A stretch of DNA of 64,000 bases from an uncultured delta proteobacterium (GTDB lineage: Bacteria; Myxococcota; Myxococcia; SLRQ01): positions 832,001 through 896,000 of the forward strand of contig CAVSGM010000011.1 in assembly GCA_963727485.1 (NCBI GenBank), given 5' to 3'. Within the stretch, counting starts at the first letter, position 1. Each line of letters opens with the position of its first letter. Made by a program: the position numbers and the translations under genes. Under the pieces are notes generated by a model. It saw nothing but the letters and a program-made list of their open reading frames with translations. It was not told the origin of the DNA and ran no database searches. Positions 11,149 to 20,267 of this stretch are shown here, one piece after another.

Positions 11149-11667
11149 ATGACCCGGATTCGCCCCCCCGTCCTCCTCGCCGCCGCCGCCGTCCTCCTGG
11201 GGACCGGGATCGTCGGCGCCCACGCCTCCGCCGCGCCGCCAATCTCGGCGCCGCCGGTGGGGGCCGAGACCTGCGCCACCTGCCACCCCAAGGCCTACGC
11301 CACCTGGAAGCAGGGGCCCCACGCCCACGCGCTCTCGAGGCTCTCGGCCACCGAGCGCAAGGAGCGGCGCTGCCTCACCTGCCACGCCCCGGCCCAGGAC
11401 CAGGGCTTCGCCGGGGTGCAGTGCGAGGCCTGCCACGGCAACGGCCGGTACTACTTCCCCGACTACGTCATGCGAGATCCCCAGCTCCGCGGCCTGGTGG
11501 GCCTGAAGACCCCCGACGCCGCCACCTGCAAGCGCTGCCACGACGCCTCGTCCCCGAGCCTGGTGCCCTTCGACTACCAGCGCGACGTGGCGCGCATCCG
11601 CCACTGGGACGCCAAGGCCCCGGCCGCCGAAGACGCCGCGGCGAAGGCGGGCAGCGATGGCCACTAG
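11149..11667 (+). CDS. Periplasmic tetraheme c-type cytochrome (c554-like)
   Basis: Signal peptide plus four CxxCH motifs (CATCH, CLTCH, CEACH, CKRCH). Confidence 0.9.
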   Translation: MTRIRPPVLLAAAAVLLGTGIVGAHASAAPPISAPPVGAETCATCHPKAYATWKQGPHAHALSRLSATERKERRCLTCHAPAQDQGFAGVQCEACHGNGRYYFPDYVMRDPQLRGLVGLKTPDAATCKRCHDASSPSLVPFDYQRDVARIRHWDAKAPAAEDAAAKAGSDGH

Positions 11668-13003
11668 GACCGCGGCCGCCCGGGTCCGGGGGCGCACCGA
11701 GGCCGAGGCTCCGGTCGCGCGCACCGCCGGCGAGCGCCTCCTCGCCGAGGTCTGGCACGCCTTCGCCGATCCGGCCCGCCTCGGGTGGTCCCTGCTCTTC
11801 ACCGCCGTGGGCTTCCTCGCCGTGGGGGTGCTCGCGCGCCCCGAGGTCCGCGCCGCCCTCGAGTCTGCGGCCCACGACGACCCCCTGGCCCACCGCCTCT
11901 ACGCCTTCCTGGCCCTGGACGCGCCGCTGGCGAGCTGGTGGCTCACGCTCCTGGTCTCGGTGTCGGCGCTGCTCTTCGTGGCCACAATCATCGAGCGCAG
12001 CGGCGACCTGGCCCTCCTCCTCCACCGGGGCCGGCGCACCGAGCCCCAGGCCTTCGCCGGCTCGCTCCTCGCCGCGGCCCGCCGCGCCGCCGGGGCCCTG
12101 GGCCCGGGGGCCTCCGTGGGCGTCGGCGAGGAGACCCTGGTCCTGACCCGCCCCGCCCGCCTGTTCCGGGTGGGCCTTGCCGTCCTCTGCGTCGCCGCCC
12201 TGGTCTCCGTGGGGGCCATGCTCTGGGAGCGCGACGACGGCGTCGCCGGCGAGGCCCTCATCGTCCCCGGGGAGACCACCGACCGGGTGCAGCTCCCCGG
12301 GCCCGGGGGCACCACCGTGGACCAGCCCCTGGGCTTCGCCCTCTCGCCCATCGAGTTCGGCCACGGGGGACCGGCGGTGAAGCTCGAGGTCCTCGGGGGC
12401 GGGCATCAGGGCGAGAACCTGACGATCACCCCGGAGCAGTCCGCCACCGTCGGGGGCACCCACCTCACCGCCCGGGCCACCCGCCCGGTGGCCGGGGGCG
12501 AGCGCTTCGGGATCACGGTGGTCGACAAGAAGACCGGCAAGACCCGCGCGGTCACCGCCGGGGTGAGCGACGCCTTCCCCGCCGACGCCGCCGACCCGAA
12601 CGGCGCGCCCCAGTTCGAGGTCATGGGCTGGTCCAAGGACTTCCGGGGCCTGGGGCCGGCGGTGCGCGTCCAGTCGGTGACCCCCGCCGGCCAGCGCGAC
12701 GCCTTCTGGGTCTTCCAGAACGACCCCGACTTCGACACCCGCAACCGGGCCCGGCGCTTCGGGCTGCGCCTCGACTCGGTGAGCCAGCAGCGCGACGTCA
12801 TCCTCGGCGTCACCCGCCACCCGGGCGAGCCGGTGGCCCTCGGCGCCGCGGGGCTGCTCCTGGTGGGCCTCGGCCTCTGCCTCGCCGGCGTGGGCGACAC
12901 CCGGGTGGTGCGCCTGGCCCGGGGCAAGGTGGTCGGGGCGCCGTCCGCCGACAAGGACGTGAAGTCGGCGGTGAAGTCGGCGCTCCGGGGCCCCAAGGCA
13001 TGA
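11657..13003 (+). CDS. ResB/CcsB-like cytochrome c biogenesis membrane protein
   Basis: N-terminal TMs, SWWLTLL motif, large beta-rich periplasmic region, TRHPGEPV before the last TM; follows a cytochrome gene. Confidence 0.68.
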   Translation: MATRTAAARVRGRTEAEAPVARTAGERLLAEVWHAFADPARLGWSLLFTAVGFLAVGVLARPEVRAALESAAHDDPLAHRLYAFLALDAPLASWWLTLLVSVSALLFVATIIERSGDLALLLHRGRRTEPQAFAGSLLAAARRAAGALGPGASVGVGEETLVLTRPARLFRVGLAVLCVAALVSVGAMLWERDDGVAGEALIVPGETTDRVQLPGPGGTTVDQPLGFALSPIEFGHGGPAVKLEVLGGGHQGENLTITPEQSATVGGTHLTARATRPVAGGERFGITVVDKKTGKTRAVTAGVSDAFPADAADPNGAPQFEVMGWSKDFRGLGPAVRVQSVTPAGQRDAFWVFQNDPDFDTRNRARRFGLRLDSVSQQRDVILGVTRHPGEPVALGAAGLLLVGLGLCLAGVGDTRVVRLARGKVVGAPSADKDVKSAVKSALRGPKA

Positions 13004-13629
13004 AGGTCCGCGAGGCAGGCTTCCTCAAGAGCGCCGAGGCGAAGGCCCACTGGCCCCCGGACGACCGCCCGGAGGTCGCCATCGGTGGCCGGTCCAACGT
13101 GGGGAAGTCGTCGCTGATCAACGCCCTCACCGGCCAGAAGGCCCTGGCGCGGGTGAGCTCGACCCCCGGGCGCACCCGGCTGCTCAACTTCATCGACGTG
13201 ACCCTGGGCATCCCCCCGGGGCAGCTCTTCGACCTCCGGGTCTGCGACCTGCCGGGCTACGGCTTCGCCAAGGCGTCCAAGACCGAGCGCCGGCGCTGGG
13301 GCCCGATGATCGAGAAGTACATCGAGGGGCGCGAGCGCCTGGCCCTGGTGATCCACATCGTCGACAGCCGCCACCCGCCCACCGTCCTCGACCAGCAGAT
13401 GGTCGCCTGGCTCGACGACCTCGGTCGCCGGGCCCTGGTGGTCGCCACCAAGATCGACAAGATCGGCAAGGGGCGCCGGGGCGGGGTGCTCCAGGGCCTG
13501 CGCCGGGATCTGGGGGTCGACGTGGTCGCCTTCTCCGCGGTCACCGGCGAGGGCAGGGACGCGGTGTGGGACCGGGTGGTCGAGGCCGGGCGCATCGAGG
13601 CCCGGCTCCGGTCGGGCGAGGGCACCTGA
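13000..13629 (+). CDS. yihA: Ribosome biogenesis GTPase YihA/YsxC (EngB)
   Basis: GRSNVGKSSLIN, SSTPGRT, DLPGYG, TKIDK; ATGA overlap with the upstream gene. Confidence 0.94.
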   Translation: MKVREAGFLKSAEAKAHWPPDDRPEVAIGGRSNVGKSSLINALTGQKALARVSSTPGRTRLLNFIDVTLGIPPGQLFDLRVCDLPGYGFAKASKTERRRWGPMIEKYIEGRERLALVIHIVDSRHPPTVLDQQMVAWLDDLGRRALVVATKIDKIGKGRRGGVLQGLRRDLGVDVVAFSAVTGEGRDAVWDRVVEAGRIEARLRSGEGT

Positions 13630-13702
13630 CGGGCTGCCGGCGGTCGGCCCGCCCGCCCCGCACCCCGTTGCGCCGGGGCCCGGGCTCTGCCACGCTCTGA
13701 CC

Positions 13703-14227
13703 GTGATGCGTCGAACGGTCCCCGTCCTCCTCGCCCTCGTCGTCCTCGGCGCCGGCTGCGGTTCGCTCACCCAGGTCACCGTGCCCCTGTCCTATCCCCT
13801 GAAGGTCGGGGGCAGCCTCCAGGGCGCCGGCGGCGGGAGCTTCCCCGGGACCGGGGCCACCGTGAGCCAGAGCCTGGGGAACCAGGGGGTGAGCAAGAGC
13901 CAGGTGAGCAAGGTGGACGTCACGTCCATCACCGTCACCCAGACCGCGCCCCAGTGCAGTCAGCTGGTGGGCTGCGACCTCTCGTTCATCGACACCCTCA
14001 CGGTGTCGGTGTCGGCGCCGGGGCAGCCCGAGGTGGTGGTCGGGACCCTCAAGGCCCCGGCGGCGGGGACCCGCAAGGCCAGCCTCACCCTCGCCGGCGT
14101 GGACCTCGCCCCCTACGTCACCGCCTCGAGCATGACCCTCACCGCGAGCCTCACCAACAAGCAGCAGCCGGCGCAGGAGGTCGACATGACCCTCGACGCC
14201 AGCCTGCTGGTGCACCTGAAGCTCTAG
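13703..14227 (+). CDS. Hypothetical lipoprotein
   Basis: Lipobox-like LGAGC after a hydrophobic stretch; beta-rich mature part. Confidence 0.75.
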   Translation: MMRRTVPVLLALVVLGAGCGSLTQVTVPLSYPLKVGGSLQGAGGGSFPGTGATVSQSLGNQGVSKSQVSKVDVTSITVTQTAPQCSQLVGCDLSFIDTLTVSVSAPGQPEVVVGTLKAPAAGTRKASLTLAGVDLAPYVTASSMTLTASLTNKQQPAQEVDMTLDASLLVHLKL

Positions 14228-14240
14228 GCGGGGCGGCCGG

Positions 14241-14510
14241 TCAGGCCTGGGCCTGGGGCGGCGGCGGCGTCGCCGGGGTCTCGGCGTCGGTCTTCGAGGT
14301 CCGCTCGCGCAGGCGCCCGCGGAGGTTGCCGCGGATCTCCTTGCCGCTCTTCGGCGCGAAGAGCAGGCCGAGGCCGGCGCCCACCAGGAGCCCGGCGCCG
14401 AAGACGCCGAGGGCCGGGAGCACGTAGTCGGTGGCGGTGCGCCGGGTCTCGAGGCCGATGGCGTTCAGCAGGTCGTTCTTGTCGAGGTTGCTCACGTCGC
14501 GCAGGTTCAT
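14241..14510 (-). CDS. YtxH-domain protein
   Basis: GLLVGAGLGLLFAPKSGKEIR signature. Confidence 0.85.
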   Translation of the reverse strand: MNLRDVSNLDKNDLLNAIGLETRRTATDYVLPALGVFGAGLLVGAGLGLLFAPKSGKEIRGNLRGRLRERTSKTDAETPATPPPPQAQA

Positions 14511-14544
14511 CTGGAGACTCCTTTTCCAGTGCGTGGAAGGATGT

Positions 14545-14931
14545 TCAGACCGGGGGCGTGTCGCCGCCGGCGTCCGGGTCGGGCTCGGGCGTCCGCGCCG
14601 GTGGGTCGGGGGCGAGGACCTCCCGGAAGATCACGCTGGTGACGGCCCGGGCCCCGACGGCGAGGCCCGCGCGGACCAGCCAGGGGGGCACGCCGCCGCC
14701 GAGGACGTAGCCGGTGCCCGCGGCGGCCGCCAGGGTGCCGTAGGGGCTGCGCTCGAGGCGGTGGGCGAGGAAGCGCCGGGCCTCGGCGGCCAGGAGGCCC
14801 AGGTCGTCTGCGAGGCGGCCGGCGTCCTCGCCCAGGCGCGGGCCCCGGTCGCCGAGGGCGCGGGTGCCGTCGTGGTTGGGGTTCCCCGGGGCGTCGCCGG
14901 CGAAGGACGCGGTGCGTGTGGGATCGGGCAT
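14545..14931 (-). CDS. Small membrane protein (DUF883/YqjD-like C-terminus)
   Basis: LERSPYGTLAAAAGTGYVLGGG; AAGGAG RBS. Confidence 0.65.
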   Translation of the reverse strand: MPDPTRTASFAGDAPGNPNHDGTRALGDRGPRLGEDAGRLADDLGLLAAEARRFLAHRLERSPYGTLAAAAGTGYVLGGGVPPWLVRAGLAVGARAVTSVIFREVLAPDPPARTPEPDPDAGGDTPPV

Positions 14932-14945
14932 GATGGGCTCCTTGG

Positions 14946-15176
14946 TCAGCGCCGACGGAAGAGGCGGCCGACCAGGTACCCGGCGGCGACGGCGCCGGCG
15001 ACGGACATCACCGGGTGGTCCCGGACGAAGGTGCGGACGGTGACGTCGGCGTGGGCGAGGGTCTCCCGGAGCTCCGAGAGGCGGACCTGCAGCTCGTCGG
15101 CCGTCTCGTCGGGCGGGGGCGCGCCGCCGGGGATGCCGGTCTCGGGCTGGGCGGTGTCGTGCATGGGGTGCTCCAT
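14946..15176 (-). CDS. DUF883/ElaB/YqjD-like tail-anchored protein
   Basis: FVRDHPVMSVAGAVAAGYLVGRLFRRR. Confidence 0.78.
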   Translation of the reverse strand: MEHPMHDTAQPETGIPGGAPPPDETADELQVRLSELRETLAHADVTVRTFVRDHPVMSVAGAVAAGYLVGRLFRRR

Positions 15177-15191
15177 CGGTTCGTACGGCGT

Positions 15192-15401
15192 TCAGGGATC
15201 GGCGCGCCGGCCGAGCCACAGGCCCAGGAAGAGGCCGGTGGCGAGCCAGGGCAGGGGCTGGCGGCGGATCCGCTCGGCGAGCGACAGGCGCTCCCGGGCG
15301 GTGAGGCGCAGGTCGTCCATCGCCTGGAGGAAGTCGGCGCGCCGGCGCTCCAGGGCCACGACCCGGTCGTCAACCTGCGGCTTTTCGGACATCGGCTCCA
15401 T
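15192..15401 (-). CDS. Small membrane protein (YqjK-like)
   Basis: Coiled segment followed by PLPWLATGLFLGLWLGRR. Confidence 0.6.
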   Translation of the reverse strand: MEPMSEKPQVDDRVVALERRRADFLQAMDDLRLTARERLSLAERIRRQPLPWLATGLFLGLWLGRRADP

Positions 15402-15834
15402 GGGCGCGTTCCTCGGAGAGCGGCGGGGCGCCGGGGGGAATGGCCCCGGGCCCCGGGAGGCGGGTGAGGGCGGTCTCGGGGGGCGGCGGGGCCTGGAGTC
15501 GGCCGGGGGTCTTCCCGATGCGGGCGGAGGCCCCCCAGAGGAGGCCGGCACCGACCACGAAGTGGAAGCCGCCGACGACGGCCAGGGCCGCGCCGGTGGG
15601 CATCACCGCGGCCAGGCCCACGACCAGGGCCGCCATCAGGACCCCCCACCCGGTGAGGAGGAGGATCCCCCCGCCCATGGCGAGCCCCGATCCGGCGAGG
15701 GCGCGGGTCACGTCCCCGCGGACCTCGGTGCGCAGCAGCTCCAGCCGCTCCACCAGGAGCCGGTCCCCGGCGTCGAGGACCCGGGTCATCGCGGACCAGA
15801 GGGTCCGATCATCCTGGCCATTGCCACCTGACAT
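15370..15834 (-). CDS. YqjE / phage-holin-3_6-like membrane protein
   Basis: LLVERLELLRTEVR followed by two TM helices. Confidence 0.75.
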   Translation of the reverse strand: MSGGNGQDDRTLWSAMTRVLDAGDRLLVERLELLRTEVRGDVTRALAGSGLAMGGGILLLTGWGVLMAALVVGLAAVMPTGAALAVVGGFHFVVGAGLLWGASARIGKTPGRLQAPPPPETALTRLPGPGAIPPGAPPLSEERAHGADVRKAAG

Positions 15835-15996
15835 CGATTTCAAGCTAGGAAGACGGCCCGAGGGGCGCAACGGCCCTGCGTTGCCCCGTCCGGGTCCGTG
15901 TGCCACCCTATGGGCCAGGGGTCCGGAGAAATCCCGGGGCGGTCTCGTGCGTAGGCATCAGGGCGTCGCCGGGCGGTCCCGGCCAAGGAGGTACCC

Positions 15997-17804
15997 ATGT
16001 CCCCTCGTCGCCTCGCGGGGCTCGTCGCCCTTCTCACCGTCGCCGGCTGCGGCGGCGCCCACCACGCCGAGCGCTACCCCCAGGGGCTCGCCGGCAACCA
16101 CCAGACCGAGCCCGGCTACCTCGTCGTCGACTTCGACGACGGCATCTCCGAGGCCAAGGTCGACGAGCTGGAGAAGGGGTGGGGGGTGGACCTCCACTTC
16201 AACTCCATCGAGGGGCGCGAGGACGGGATCACCATCGGCCAGTACGCCGGCGACCTGGGGACGCTGCTGGCGCGCATCCGTCGGGACCCGGAGGTCGAGG
16301 CCGCCGAGCCCCTCTACCGCTACCACGCCCTGTTCACGCCCAACGATCCCGACTTCAAGTACCAGTGGCACATGAAGACCGTCCACGCCGAGGAGGCCTG
16401 GGACTACAGCCGGGGCAAGGGCGTCACCGTGGCGGTCATCGACACCGGCATCGCCTACGCCGACTACAAGCAGCAGTTCAAGCAGGTCGAGGACCTCGCG
16501 GGCGCCTCCATCGCCCCGGGGTGGGACTTCGTCCATGACCGCAAGGAGGCCCTCGACGACAACGGCCACGGGACCCACGTCGCCGGGACCATCGCCCAGG
16601 TGACCAACAACGGGGTGGGGGTCGCCGGGCTCGCCCCCGAGGCCACCCTGATGCCCCTCAAGGTCCTCTCGGCCCAGGGCGCCGGGAACAGCGCCGACAT
16701 CGCCGACGCCATCCGCTGGGCCGCCGACCACGGCGCCAACGTGATCAACATGTCGCTGGGCGGCGGGGCCTACTCGGTGGTCATGGCGAACGCGGTGAAG
16801 TACGCGGAGAACAAGGGCGTGGTCATCGTCGCCGCCGCCGGGAACAGCGGCACCGGGCACGTGAGCTACCCCGCGGCCTACAAGGGCGTCATCGCCGTGA
16901 GCGCCACCCGCTTCGACGACCAGCTCGCCCCCTACTCGAGCTGGGGCAAGCAGATCTCCCTCGCCGCGCCGGGGGGCGACAAGAACGTCGATCAGAACCA
17001 CGACGGCATGAAGGACGGGGTGCTCCAGAACACCATCGTCGCGGGCGACCCCATGAAGCAGCAGTACGCGCTCTTCCAGGGCACCTCCATGGCCTCGCCC
17101 CACGTCGCCGGGGCCGCGGCCCTGGTGATGGCCACCGGCGTCACCGATCCCGCGGCGGTGAAGGAGGCCCTCTTCTCCACCGCCCGGAAGGTCCACGGCC
17201 GCACCGGCTGGGACCAGAAGTACGGCTTCGGGGTCCTCGACGCCGGCGCCGCGGTGAAGGACGCCAAGGAGGAGACCGGCCTGTGGCGGCTGGCCGCCGC
17301 CTTCCTGGTCGCCGGGCTCCTCTTCCTCAAGGGCCGCAAGGGCCCGGGCGGGGCCCTGGGCTCGCCGGTGCTGCGGCCCTCGTTCCTGGTGGCGCTCCTC
17401 CTCACCTCCGCCGGGCTCTTCTTCCTCCCGGCGCTGGCCCCTGGTTCCAGGGGATGCGCGCCGCCTCGACCCCCCTGATGGACTGGGGGCTCCTGGCCTT
17501 CGGCGCCGGGGGCCACGCCAACCCCCTGGGGTGGAGCGCCATCCTCCCCTTCGTCCTGGCCCTCTTCCTCTTCCAGGTGAAGGCCCTGCGCCCGGCGCTG
17601 GCCGGGATCGCCGCCGGGGCCGCGGCGTTCCTCCTCCAGTCGCTGTTCAGCGCCGACGCCGACGTGGTCCTCATCCCCGGACGCTTCCTCGACGGGGTGT
17701 GGCTCTTCGTGAACGCCGCCGCGGCGATGCTCCTCGCCTGGACCCTGACCCGCCGCGAGCCCGCCGCCGTGCCGGTCGCCCCGGCCTCCAAGGAGTCTCC
17801 ATGA
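15997..17804 (+). CDS. S8 subtilisin-like serine protease (lipoprotein) with C-terminal multi-TM domain; frameshift at about 17440
   Basis: VIDTGI, HGTHVAGTI and GTSMASPHVAG triad; lipobox VAGC; a C-run one base short links PALA to PWFQGMR and the TM tail. Confidence 0.88.
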
Positions 17805-18022
17805 GCCAGAAGCTCTCCGGCACCGTGACCTACCAGGACCTCGAGGGCGGCCTGTGGCTCCTCGTCGGCGACGACGGGGTGCGCTACCAAATCGCCGGGG
17901 GCGACGACGGCCTCCGGAAGGACGGCCAGCGGGTCGAGGTCGAGGGCGAGGTCGCCGAGGACATGATGTCCATCGGCATGGCCGGACCCATCTTCAAGGT
18001 CCGGCGCTACCAGCGCGGCTGA
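17801..18022 (+). CDS. Small OB-fold-like hypothetical protein
   Basis: GTVTYQDLEGGLWLL...GQRVEVEG; AAGGAG RBS; ATGA overlap. Confidence 0.75.
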   Translation: MSQKLSGTVTYQDLEGGLWLLVGDDGVRYQIAGGDDGLRKDGQRVEVEGEVAEDMMSIGMAGPIFKVRRYQRG

Positions 18023-18026
18023 GCCC

Positions 18027-19013
18027 TCAGGCCCCGGCCCGGGAGAGCTTCCAGACCACCGCGCCGGTGGCGCCCACCAGCAGCAGCACCGTCAGGGCCG
18101 CCAGGATCATCAGGCTGATGGCCTCGGGGGAGCCCCCTCGCAGGCGCACCGGCGCGTCGGGATCCAGGCGGTGGAGGGGCCGGACCTCGGCGGCGGGCAG
18201 GCGCCGGGACAGGGCCACCACCAAGGGCAGGCCGAGGAGGAGCCCCAGGCCCATGAGGCCGAAGAGCCCCCGCAGGCTCCCCGCCGGGGCCGAGGAGGCG
18301 CTGGCGAGGCTCCCGCCCCCGGCGATGAGGAAGAGCACCGCGGCGACGCCGTTGTTCACCGCGTGGGCGAGCATCGAGGCCCAGAGGCTCCCGGTGCGCA
18401 GGTAGAGCCAGCCGAAGAGGATGCCGAGCTCCACCCGGGGGAGGAAGCCGATGGGATCCAGGTGCAGGGCCGAGAAGGCCACCGCGGTGATGCCGATGCC
18501 CCACGCCGGGCCCAGGCGCGCCACCAGGGGCTGCTGGAGGAAGCCCCGGAAGACCGTCTCCTCGCACAGGGGCGCCACGAAGACCACCGCCACCAGCACC
18601 AGGCCCAGGCGCCAGCCGTGGACCAGGGTGAGGATCTTGGAGACGTCGACGAGGTGCCAGCTCTGGGGCAGGACCTGGTCGAGGAGGCCCATGCCCCCGG
18701 CGGCGAGGACGTAGTTCGCCGCGGAGACGGCGAGGACCAGCGCCAGGGTGGTGCCGGCCAGCCGTCGGGTCAGCCCCAGGTGTCGGAGGGGGGCCAGGTT
18801 GTAGGCCCGGAGGAAGAGGACCGCCGGGACGAAGAAGAGGCCCAGCTCGCTGAACCACACCCCGAAGGCCAGGTCGAGGTACTGGGACAGGCCCCCGAGC
18901 ACCAGGTAGGTGATGGCCATGACCACGAAGTAGGCCGAGACCGGCCCGGCGAGCTCGGAGAGGTCGTGGAGGCCCGGCTCGGGCCCGGTGGCGGGGTGCG
19001 GGGGATCGACCAT
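18027..19013 (-). CDS. CPBP (CAAX/Abi) intramembrane metalloprotease
   Basis: APLCEETVFRG, FSALH, AHAVNN motifs; multiple TMs. Confidence 0.9.
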   Translation of the reverse strand: MVDPPHPATGPEPGLHDLSELAGPVSAYFVVMAITYLVLGGLSQYLDLAFGVWFSELGLFFVPAVLFLRAYNLAPLRHLGLTRRLAGTTLALVLAVSAANYVLAAGGMGLLDQVLPQSWHLVDVSKILTLVHGWRLGLVLVAVVFVAPLCEETVFRGFLQQPLVARLGPAWGIGITAVAFSALHLDPIGFLPRVELGILFGWLYLRTGSLWASMLAHAVNNGVAAVLFLIAGGGSLASASSAPAGSLRGLFGLMGLGLLLGLPLVVALSRRLPAAEVRPLHRLDPDAPVRLRGGSPEAISLMILAALTVLLLVGATGAVVWKLSRAGA

Positions 19014-19079
19014 CGGCGCAAAAAGTAGCACGCGGAGGTGCAACGCGCCGCCCGCTGACTCGTATGGTAGACCACAGCC

Positions 19080-20195
19080 ATGGCTGACACGGTCGCGAGG
19101 GCAGGGCGGGTGCTCGTCGTGGACGACGAGGAGGGCGTCCGCGTCATCCTCCGGACCGTCCTCGAGACCCGGGAGCTCGAGGTGGTCGAGGCCCAGAGCG
19201 CCACCGAGGCCCTGGCCCAGGTGGCACCGGGGGCCTTCGACCTGGCGGTGGTCGACAAGAACCTCCCCGACCGCTCGGGCCTCACGCTCCTGGCCGACCT
19301 GAAGCAGACGGACCCGGACCTGGAGGTGGCCATCGTCACCGGCTACGCCTCCCTGGACGCGGCCATCGAGGCGCTCCGGGCCGGGGCCGGCGACTTCCTC
19401 CTCAAGCCCTTCGAGGACGTGCGGATCCTGGGCGACAAGCTCGCCGCCGGCCTCGAGCGGGGCCGCTCCGCCCGCGCCCGGACCGCGGCCCTGGCGGCGG
19501 CCCGGGACGCGGCCGAGGCCCGGGAGGCCGACCGCCGGGCGCTCCTGGCCGAGGTGGCCCACGACCTGCGCACGCCCCTGACCACCATCCAGGGCTACCT
19601 CGATCTCCTCGAGCAGCCGGTGCCGCCCGACACCGTGGCGCGCTACCTGGCGGTGGTCCGCAGCCAGGCCCGGCGCCTGGCCCGCCTCACCGAGGACGTG
19701 GGGTACCTGGTCCGGGCGAGCGAGGGGCGGGCGAGGCTCAAGCGCCTCGCCTGGCCGGTGGAGGAGGTCCTCGACGGCGCCCTCGACGAGATGCGCCCCC
19801 TCTACGGGCAGGCCGGGGTCCACCTGGACCGGAGCCTGGCCGAGGACCTCGGGGAGGTGGACTGCGACCGGGACCGGGTCCTCCAGGTCCTCACCAACCT
19901 GATGGGCAACGCCCTGAAGTTCTCCCCGGAGGGGACGCGGGTGACCGTCTCCGCCGAGGGGTGGCACGGGGGCGTGGTGTTCTCGGTGGCCGACCAGGGG
20001 CGCGGGGTGCCGGCCTCGGCCCGGGAGCGCATCTTCGAGCGCTACCACACCAAGGATCCCTCCGGGCGGGGGCAGGGCCTGGGGCTGGCGATCTCCAAGG
20101 CCATCGTCGACGCCCACGGCGGGCGCATCTGGGTCGACGACGCCGACGGGGGCGGGGCGGTGTTCTCCTTCCTCCTCCCGGGCCGGGCGCCTTGA
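19080..20195 (+). CDS. Hybrid receiver-histidine kinase
   Basis: REC (VVDDE, VDKNLPD, KPF), AHDLRTPL H-box, N/G1/F/G2 boxes. Confidence 0.92.
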   Translation: MADTVARAGRVLVVDDEEGVRVILRTVLETRELEVVEAQSATEALAQVAPGAFDLAVVDKNLPDRSGLTLLADLKQTDPDLEVAIVTGYASLDAAIEALRAGAGDFLLKPFEDVRILGDKLAAGLERGRSARARTAALAAARDAAEAREADRRALLAEVAHDLRTPLTTIQGYLDLLEQPVPPDTVARYLAVVRSQARRLARLTEDVGYLVRASEGRARLKRLAWPVEEVLDGALDEMRPLYGQAGVHLDRSLAEDLGEVDCDRDRVLQVLTNLMGNALKFSPEGTRVTVSAEGWHGGVVFSVADQGRGVPASARERIFERYHTKDPSGRGQGLGLAISKAIVDAHGGRIWVDDADGGGAVFSFLLPGRAP

Positions 20196-20220
20196 CGGCG
20201 GCCCCCCGCGGGGCCAGACT
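20192..20220 (+). promoter_or_regulatory. Putative sigma70 promoter of the thiolase gene
   Basis: TTGACG-N17-CAGACT. Confidence 0.45.
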
Positions 20221-20267
20221 CTCGCGGAACTTTTGACTGAAGAGTCAACCAGCGACAGGAGCCGGTC

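Noticed and set aside
15370..15834. Holin-family gene as a prophage sign
   Set aside because: No endolysin, integrase or structural genes; the context is yqjE-like
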